From Flaccisagitta enflata (lineage: Eukaryota), in the NCBI GenBank assembly GCA_965153355.1, contig OZ231126.1:7316001-7380000 (forward strand): a DNA stretch of 64,000 nt. The letters are read 5' to 3'. How positions within the stretch are numbered: the first letter of the stretch is position 1; every line of letters begins with the position of its first letter. The notes under the pieces were generated by a model. The model was not told the origin of the DNA. It ran no database searches and saw only the letters and a program-made list of their open reading frames with translations. A program made the translations under genes and the position numbers. This document shows positions 55,466 through 64,000 of this stretch, in pieces.

Positions 55466-56825
55466 GAAATGCCACATATGACCAAAACATACCAAAAAAC
55501 AAAAATGACCAAAACATACCAAAAAACCTAGATGACCAAAAAATAAAACAAAAAACAAAAAAACAAAAAACAAAAAACCCAAAAACCCAGAACCAAAAAT
55601 CCAAAAAACCAAAAAACCAAAAAACCAAAAAACCAAAAAAAAAAATCAACAAGGCCAACACCTATAAGTCGCGTGCGAGACTTACAGGCAAAGAATGACT
55701 TAGAATGACTTAGAATGACTTTCAATGACTCAGACTGACCTAAAATGACCAAAATTGTCTTAAAATGACTAAAAAACCTAATTACCAAAAATGACTTAAA
55801 ATAACTTAAAATGACTTAAAATGACTTAAAGTGACTTAGAATGACTCAAAATGACTTAGAATAACTATAAATGACTTAAAGTGACTTAAAATGACCTAAG
55901 AATTGACGTTATAGTAAAAAAAAGTAAAGTGTGACGGACGGACCGACGGACGGACGGACGGACGGGCGGACGGACAAAGCGGGTTGTAGAGTCGCGGGCA
56001 CGCGACTAAAAACCAAAAAACCAAAAAACATAAAAGACCAAAACATACCAAAAAACCATGTTAGATGACCAATGATTACCTGAAATCTTCCAAAATGACT
56101 TAAAATGCCCAAAAAAGACACAAATGACTTAAACTAACAAAGTGACGTAAATGATCAAAAATGACCAAAAATGACTAAAAGCAACCAAAAATGACCAAAA
56201 GCAACCAAAAATGACCAAAAACAACAAAATAATGACTCAAAATAACTCCAGACGACCCAAATTGATCAAAAACAACGCAAAAAAGCAAAGTGTTACTAAA
56301 AACTACAAAAGCCAAAAATAACTTAGAGTGACTGAGAATGACTTAGAATGACTTGTAATGACTTATAATGACTTAGAATGACTTAGAATGACTTAGAATG
56401 ACTTAGAATGACCTGGAATAACTAAGAATGACTTAAAATGACTCATAATAACATAAAATGACAAAAATGACAAAAAATGAAAAAATGACTTAAGTGACTA
56501 AAATTGACTGAAAATGACTGAAAATGACTTAAAATGATATAAAATGACTTAAAATGACGTAAAATACCCTAAAATGACGTAAAACAACGAAAAACAGCTA
56601 AGTGTTACGGACGGACGGACCGACGGACCGACGGACCGACGGACCGACAGAGCGGGTTATAGAGTCGCGTGCACGCGTCTAAAAATTTGGAGAGAAAAAA
56701 AAAGGCGAAGAGTCGGAATAATTAAAGTAATTAAAATAAACAAAAATTGAAGAAAGAATCCTAGACATATACCAGACATCAGGGCGGTCTCTATCTTTCT
56801 TTCTGTCTGCCTTGAAGGCTGTCTC

Positions 56826-56896
<71 letters not shown>

Positions 56897-58376
56897 GTTG
56901 TAAGTCTTCAACGTTGTCGGATGTCTGGTGAAGTGCAATTGCGTCAATTGAAAACACAATAATTCGTTTAATGATGGAAATGAAGCTCTGAAAAAAGTAT
57001 GAAATGTTAAGAAGCAGGACAAAACATGAACAAGGGAGGAAACACGGCCGTCCAAGTTGTATGCTGCTGGGAAGGAACAGTGATGAAATCGTCCAAAGGA
57101 AAGCAGTGCAACAAGTGATGCGGGGTCACAATATCGTTGCGGATGGGTGGGCAGGGGCATCCAACCCCCATCCACACCCCATGTCCCCCACTCACAACTA
57201 AAACGCTCGTTTCCGCACTTTTCGACTCGTGTTCACGGACCAATGGACCGATGGACAGACGACCGACAACTCTCATAGATAGGCATCCCACCCCCATCCA
57301 CACCCCATGTCCCCCACTCACAACTAAAACGCTCGTTTCCGCACTTTTTGACTCGTGTTCACGGACCAATGGACCGATGGACAGACGACCGACGACTCTT
57401 TTAGATAGGCCACATAAGCGTTAGAAAAGCAAAGGGTTTTGGACCAATTGATAGACAGACCAAGCGGATAGAGAAATGAGATTGAGAAATAGATGTAAAT
57501 CGAGAGTCTTCATGCACGCAGAATCATAACCAGGTGTGCTAAAAAAGATTTGCTAAGGGACTGATAAAGTCGTCGTTCTTTGCAAACGACGCCTATTTAC
57601 GCAATTCACAATTGTTGCAATTGTTGCATTTGTAGCAAGCAGTTGTTGCAATTCCAGCAATTGTTACATTTGAAGCCACTGTTGCATTTGCGGCAATTGT
57701 TGCATTTGAAGCAATTGTTGCATTTTAAGGATTTGTTGCACTTGCAGAAATTGTTGTATTTGCAGCGATTGTTGCATTTGCAGTCATTGTTGCAAATAAT
57801 GTAATTTACTGGAATCGGAAACGTTTCTCGGAATTTTGAAAGAAGCGAAATCAGCCGAAAACATGATTTCTGTTTAAACATTACCGCACCTGCTCACCAC
57901 ATCCTAGCTACCGCTCGCTTACATTACTGCCCCTGTCCCCTTGTAATAATGCTCCAGCCTTTTCGCAAGCCACTACTTGTTTATTGCGTATACGGCCTTG
58001 TCAGAGTTATGAGGACTTTAGAGACGAAGGGTGACCTTGTATTTTATACGTTGTGTAAATTGAATGGTGAAATAATCAACTTGACCGATCTAATGCACTT
58101 AATATACATTAAATTCGTCATTATACTACTAAACTTCATCGCGCTACTTCGCGAGTTGTATAAACATGTTGTCCATCTCCAACAACACAGCTCAGCGCTC
58201 GTGCGGGAGAAAATTTCTTTTTCTTCGCAAACGTCAATCAAAATAATAACAACTGATCACCAAGCAACGAGGAATCACAAACACTACGAAAGCGCTTTAG
58301 CGACACAACACTCTCCGCGAAACGTGAAAGTAAAAAAAAAAGAACAACTTCGAGATCGGCAAAACTTGGACGCGAA

Positions 58377-59513
58377 ATGGCAATTTTCGTGCGTGTTGTG
58401 GTCGGCGCTTTGCTTTGCCTCGGCGGCATTTCGGGTATTTATTCATTTATTCGTTGCAATCATAATACCAATTCATTTATTAGTTCATTTGTTCGTTCAT
58501 TCATTACGTAGTTCTAATTCTAGGGCTGAAATGGTTAGTATGATTTAAGATAGAAAGAATGAATGATTGAACGATTCGTAAATGTATTTATAAATCTTTT
58601 CAATCTGTATTCGTTGAATGTTGATTTAACAAGGCCGGATACACGGCTACCTTAGTCGCGTGCGGGTGGGCAGGAGCGGCAAAAAAAGCTAAGCGTGACG
58701 GACCGACAGAGGGACAGAGCGGGTTGTAGAGTCGCGTGCACGCGATTAAAAATTCTATCTATCGTAACTTTAACGCTATCTAGCGAGGTCTTTGAGCGAA
58801 GTGCTTCGTGCCGCCGACGTGGAATCGGCCGAGGGCATTGTGGAGGCGCTGACGACTTACGTCAGCGAAACCGACGCCAAGCTGGCAGAACTCGCGGCCT
58901 TCGAAGCCAGAATCGCGGCCAACGAAGGATTCGACGCCAGAATCGACGAGTTGGAGGCTCTCACGTCGAAAATTGAGATCGGCGCCAAAGTAGCCAAAAA
59001 TGAAGGTTAACTAATTTGTTTGCAATCATAAAAACATGTTATGTAAGCGCATCTATGGCATCCTTGTATGTACGTTGATTTTATTGTTAAAAAGAATTCG
59101 CCTTTTCCCTGGTTAGAATTTTGTTGCCAAGACGTGAGATGCGAGAATTATCGCGGGAAGTTGGCTGTGACGAAGTCCGGACACAAATGTCAAGATTGGG
59201 ATAAGGATACAGTACACACCAACAATTGGCGCGAACCTGAAGAGTGAGTGAACTTAACATCGGTACATCTGTATCTCCATTCTTCACAATGCGATGTTAT
59301 TATTTAATTTTGATCATTGGCGGATTATTGACATCATTGATCTTCTAAATCATCCTTATTCTTAGACTTGTTCCTTATCCTTTTACGTGCAGCTATCCCT
59401 ATTTGACGGAAAATCATTGTCGTAACCCGGACGAGTGGAGCGGTGGTGCCTGGTGTTACACTCTCTCCGAGGGCACGCGTTGGGAAGAATGTGACATTCC
59501 TCTATGCGCTTAA
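58377..59513 (+). CDS. Small secreted protein (signal peptide, coiled coil, single kringle domain; 175 aa); exons 58377-58434, 58784-59005, 59117-59243, 59393-59513
   Basis: GT-AG introns with phases 1, 1, 2; [20 protein letters not shown] leader; kringle motifs [37 protein letters not shown]; stop TAA at 59511-59513. Confidence 0.88.
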
Positions 59514-60185
59514 GGTATACACTTTTTTTTTATAAGAATGTAACTTTAAGCAAAATTTTTTTCTCTCAAGATTTGAAGCCTTCGTATGTTCTTAAGATGT
59601 TCTTTATTTTGGGGCCATTCGAAGCCTTGATGTTCTTATAAACTAGGTTCTTATAAAAAAAAAAGTGTAATCGCGGGTAACAAATCTTTTTCATTTTTTC
59701 ACGCTGTAATCGGAACATGATCAATTCGTTATAGCGCGCTATCAGCCTATCTATGCCATGACTTTTGTCCGCTGCAGTGATTTTTCATTTATTATGCAGT
59801 GATTTTTCATTTATTATGCAGTGATTTTTCATTTATGAAGTGCATGCTGTATTACTGCATTTCTTTTTTCTTTATCTCAGAAAAGAAGTCGGTGCGGCGA
59901 TTCGAATACTCGACCGGACGAGACATGAAACTGCTTCTTTGAAGAAGTTCTTTCACTCACCATTACGGCATTATTCTCTTGTTTTCATTGAAATGAAGAA
60001 ATGAACAAATGACCAATTTCAGCGTAATGTTATTCTCTTGTTTTCATTGAAATGAGAAATGAACAAATGACCAATTTCAACTGTAATGTTATTAATGAAC
60101 GCTCAGCGTAATATGAACATTTTACTTCACCCGAAATATATGCTTTAATTTTCGAATATTGATAAAGCTGCAACGCTGCGTTAGG

Positions 60186-62023
60186 CACCATGAATCCTGG
60201 GAACCGCCAGGACAATTTTTGGATAACAGTAAGTTTTTCTTCAGTTTGGTACTGTACTCACGTGCGGGAATCAAGATGCTTACATTAAAAAATATTTCAT
60301 CGGGCACTTTTTGAAAAAAATCACTTTTTGTAAAAATGTGTTGCATATGCGAAATATGTTGCATATGCAAAGTACACATGTTGCATATGCGACATATGTT
60401 GCATATGCGAAATACAGGTGTTGCCTGTGCGAAATATGTTGCATATGCGAAATACAGGTGTTGCATATGCGTAATATACTGCATGTGCAAGTGCAACATG
60501 TGTGACATATAAGGGCAATGTTGTTTCAACTTTCATATGCAACATACACACATTGCATTTGCTTTTTAAAGCTATTTAAAGAGTTAAGATCTAGGTAGTT
60601 ATTTGTGACCATTTATCGATTTCATGATGAGCATAGTGACAGACTGAGTTGGTTAACTAAACATCACATTCAAAATATTGTGAAACGATATATGTTACTT
60701 ATGGTAAGAATTGTCGAAGTATCATCGGCTTTTCATACCAATGAATACCGATGAAACGTCCTTCCTGGTGAAGACCGCGGAATCAGCTGACATAGCGAGT
60801 CAGTTTCTCAAAGAGAAAGGATTCATCATCATGGATCGATCGATCGATCGATCGATCGAGAGCTGATTCAAACCCATACTTTTAATTTGTATGAATTTAC
60901 TTTTTAGTTGCGGACACGCAACTCTGTAAGAGGCTTTGTCCGTCCGTCGGTCCGTCCGTCCGTCCGTAATGATCGAGTCGAAAAATGGGAAAACATGCAT
61001 CTCCGCCCCTGCCCACCCGTCCGCAACTGATGGCCGTGTATCCGGCCTTGTTGGTTTACACGAAGAAAATTGTTTCCTGACAATGGATGAAAAGATGGAT
61101 GAAAAGAGCCTGGTGCAGTGATTGAGCATTCGCCAAAAGAGGCCTCATGTTAGCGGTCTGAGAACAGGGGGTCCAGAAATAGGGGGTGTGGAGGGCCCAG
61201 GATATTTCTGTACATCCCTGTTGGTACCTTATATATAATAGGGTAAGTAAATTTGATAATTCTCTTTCATTTGCAAAATGCTCTACGACAAATATTTTTC
61301 GCGCTATGATTTTTTAAAGATTTATTTATGAAAAATTCGAAAAGAATTTTTTTTATTTTTTACGATTTTGTGTAGGATCAATAAAGGAGTGTATTTATGT
61401 TTATGTGAGCATGAAAATACAAAAAGACATGTTTATGAGCACAGCTGCTCATCTGTGAGGGCGTTTTTGAGCATTTTAGCTCATTTAGCTCACTTAGCTC
61501 AGTCTATTCTTTCTGATTTCAAATATGATAAATAACTAAATATTTTCATACTTGCTTAAGCAAGCAATTAAAAAAACAAGTCCTTGAGCAGAGCTGCTCA
61601 TCTGTGCCAGCGTTTTTAAGTATTCTAGCTCATTTAGCTCATTTAGCTTGCTCTTTTTCTCTGATTTTGAATAGGATAGATAAATTAATGTTTTGATTTA
61701 AGCATTTTAATAAACTATGTGAGCTGTAGGGGGGGGGGCATGTAACAATTGGGTCCCTCCTCCACTCTTATTAGGGTCCCGTCTGTATACGGTGGGATTC
61801 AGCAACGCGAAATCGGGCATAAGTCTTTTTGAAGTCCGCATGAGCGGATTCAATGGCTTGTTCCGCAAACCTCGCCATACCACATTTGGCTATTGAGAGG
61901 AATTGCGGCAGATGCACGGCTATGATGTGAATTTTCCACATCAAGGCAACACATCCTGACAGTAGTCTTGACAGGCCTCAAATTTCTTTGAAATTCCTTG
62001 ATGATGCTTTTGAAGTCGGGATC

Positions 62024-62101
<78 letters not shown>

Positions 62102-62420
62102 CCAACATCTGTAGTTCGCATATGCAACATATTTCGCATATGCAACAGCTGTATTTCGCATATGCAATATATTTCGCATATGCAATATCTCTATTTCGCA
62201 TATGCAACATATGTCGCATATGCAACACATGTACTTCGCATATGCAACATATTTCGCATATGCAACACATTTTTACAAGAAGTGATTTTTTTCAAAAAGT
62301 GCCCGATGAAATATTTTTTGATGGCTGGGCCTTGATTCCTGCACCTGAGGACTGTGTGAAACTAAAGAGAAACTTACAGTTATCCAAAAATCGTCCTGGC
62401 GGTTCCCAGGATTCATAGTG
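60186..62420 (-). mobile_element. Chapaev/Transib-related DNA transposon derivative with long TIRs
   Basis: Termini CACCATGAATCCTGGGAACCGCCAGGAC / GTCCTGGCGGTTCCCAGGATTCATAGTG; about 300-bp inverted arms; 4-bp TSD TAGG. Confidence 0.85.
61771..62026 (-). pseudogene. Frameshifted C-terminal fragment of a RAG1/Transib/Chapaev-type DDE transposase
   Basis: Reads LDPDFKSIIKEF / KKFEACQDYCQDVL / WKIHIIAVHLPQFLSIAKCGMARFAEQAIESAHADFKK across two frameshifts; H-x4-H followed by E-x3-E-S. Confidence 0.7.
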
Positions 62421-62697
62421 TAGGACGGGAGCAAACTATCCTTTTCAACATCGAAATTGTTATGACATTTACATATTATGTATAATACATGTACATAGTA
62501 TTAGATATTGCTTCCTCGTAATAAACCGGTCGCACATTCAAACTTCCGACAGTCCAACGCTATACGCGCTATGTACTGTGTGGACCGTAACTGTGTTTTA
62601 GAAATTCGTAAATTAATGACCAGCAGTGTCCCGCTTAGCGCCGCCAGTGATCTTTAGTCACTAGTGTACTCCTATAGGCCGAGTCGTGTTCTGGTGG

Positions 62698-63424
62698 CAC
62701 TGCTTCCTGACAGAGGATTCGAGACAAGAATGATATCACTCTGGGTTTTTTTTTTTCATTTTTGTGTAGGTCATGGGTATACAAATCAAGAATTATCCAG
62801 CGGAAAATCATCCCTAGAGCACTTTTTGAAAAAAAGGGAAAAAATTATAATTTTCAGCTTCATTTTGCATAAAAGATGTTGGTTTGACTCATTTTTAGTT
62901 GCGGACACGCAACTCTATCAGAGGCTTTGTCCGTCCGTCCGGGGTCATCAAGTTGAAAAGTGGGAAAACGGGCATTTCCGCCCCTCCCCACCCGTCCGCA
63001 ACTGGTTTTGGCCGTGTATCCGGCCTTGTTTGACAGCATATTATTAATTCTGGTGCAATTCCCTACAATATAAAAAATACAATTTTCATATTATAGGCCA
63101 CATTTGTAATTTTTGTAATGGTAGCTTAGAAATGAAAATGTTATTTCTTTATAAAACCCTGCCACCCATCAAATGAAAGGGAATTGCATCAGGATTAACA
63201 ATATGCTGTCAAAATGTAAGACAATCCAATCTGCAAAATTCTTCATGCAAAATAAACCAGAAAATTACGCATAATTCACTTTTTTTCAAAAATCGTTCTA
63301 GGGATGATTTTCCAATAGATAATTCTTGATCTCTATGCCCATGACTGAAAAAAAAAATGAAAAATAAAAATCCAGAGTGATATCATTCCTGTCTAGACGT
63401 CTGGATTCCTGTCAGACAGCAGTG
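62698..63424. mobile_element. Non-autonomous Chapaev-like element
   Basis: CACTGC...GCAGTG ends, about 150-bp inverted arms, 4-bp TSD GTGG; HINE nested at 62892-63030. Confidence 0.8.
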
Positions 63425-63484
63425 GTGGGCAGCAACAGCCGGGCCACGGCAGCCCAGAGATGAGAGATGAGGGCAGTGTTGCAA

Positions 63485-63964
63485 TTGGGTGTGTCAATAT
63501 GCAAAAGGTTTTTTGATAAGACCATCAATTTTAGACAATAACATATCAAATTCTAAAACCTTAGCGTTTTTATCTTATCAAATTTCATTCATCTTCCATT
63601 TTTTTCAAAACCCTTTTTTAGGCGCTAATTTGTATATTGCTGTGTTGATGATTTTCTATCAGTTTCATTATTACTTGGTGCTAATTCAAGTTGCAACAAA
63701 GTAGTGGTTGTTTATTTATCACCTGAGTTGTAAAAAGAGATAATAACCAATTTTTTTTGTAGAAGTTATGAGTCTTATTTTTACCAAAACTCAGTGCAGA
63801 AGCTGGAAATATACATATTTTTGACAATCTTTTCTTGCCCTAAAAAAACAGAAGATGATGGAAATTTGAAAAAATAAAAATGCTAAAAGTTTTAAAATAT
63901 TTTTGTTTACACTCCCTGATGTCAATGATCTAATCAAACATACTTTGCATATTGACACACCCGA
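63485..63964. mobile_element. MITE with 9-bp TSD (Mutator- or Merlin-like)
   Basis: TTGGGTGTGTCAATATGCAAA / TTTGCATATTGACACACCCGA; TSD GTGTTGCAA at 63476-63484 and 63965-63973. Confidence 0.8.
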
Positions 63965-64000
63965 GTGTTGCAAGTTGCAACTACGAATATCGATGTCGAA

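Noticed and set aside
57949-58548. 199-aa plus-strand ORF
   Set aside because: No recognisable motif; it overlaps the kringle gene first exon in a different frame and runs into its intron
60186-62420. Bona fide ProtoRAG (RAG1L-RAG2L) transposon
   Set aside because: The TSD is 4 bp not 5 bp, with no nonamer-like element and no kelch/RAG2-like sequence seen

Overview
Repeat-rich metazoan genomic DNA. The main feature is a large part of an axonemal outer-arm gamma-type dynein heavy chain gene (DNAH5/DNAH8-like) on the minus strand. I traced 34 GT-AG exons between 50968 and 7796 that splice in frame into about 1536 codons, running from the AAA3/AAA4 linker through AAA4, the stalk and microtubule-binding domain, AAA5 and AAA6. 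The gene runs off both ends of the window. An intact Tx1/L1-clade LINE ORF2 (7-3342, plus strand) lies in the presumed downstream intron. A complete 4-exon gene for a small secreted protein (signal peptide, coiled coil, one kringle; 175 aa; 58377-59513, plus strand) lies in the presumed upstream intron. Introns are filled with microsatellites, DINE-1/Helentron-like elements and hAT, Tc1/pogo and MULE-like elements. Two CAC...GTG elements with 4-bp TSDs are present, and one carries a RAG1/Transib/Chapaev-type transposase remnant. The most unusual pattern is that about 14 of the 34 dynein exons have one splice junction tandemly re-copied into the adjacent intron, usually with the splice dinucleotide intact; in one case the copies form a 2-kb satellite of decoy acceptors. 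All calls are by eye, and homology assignments rely on recalled motifs rather than database searches.
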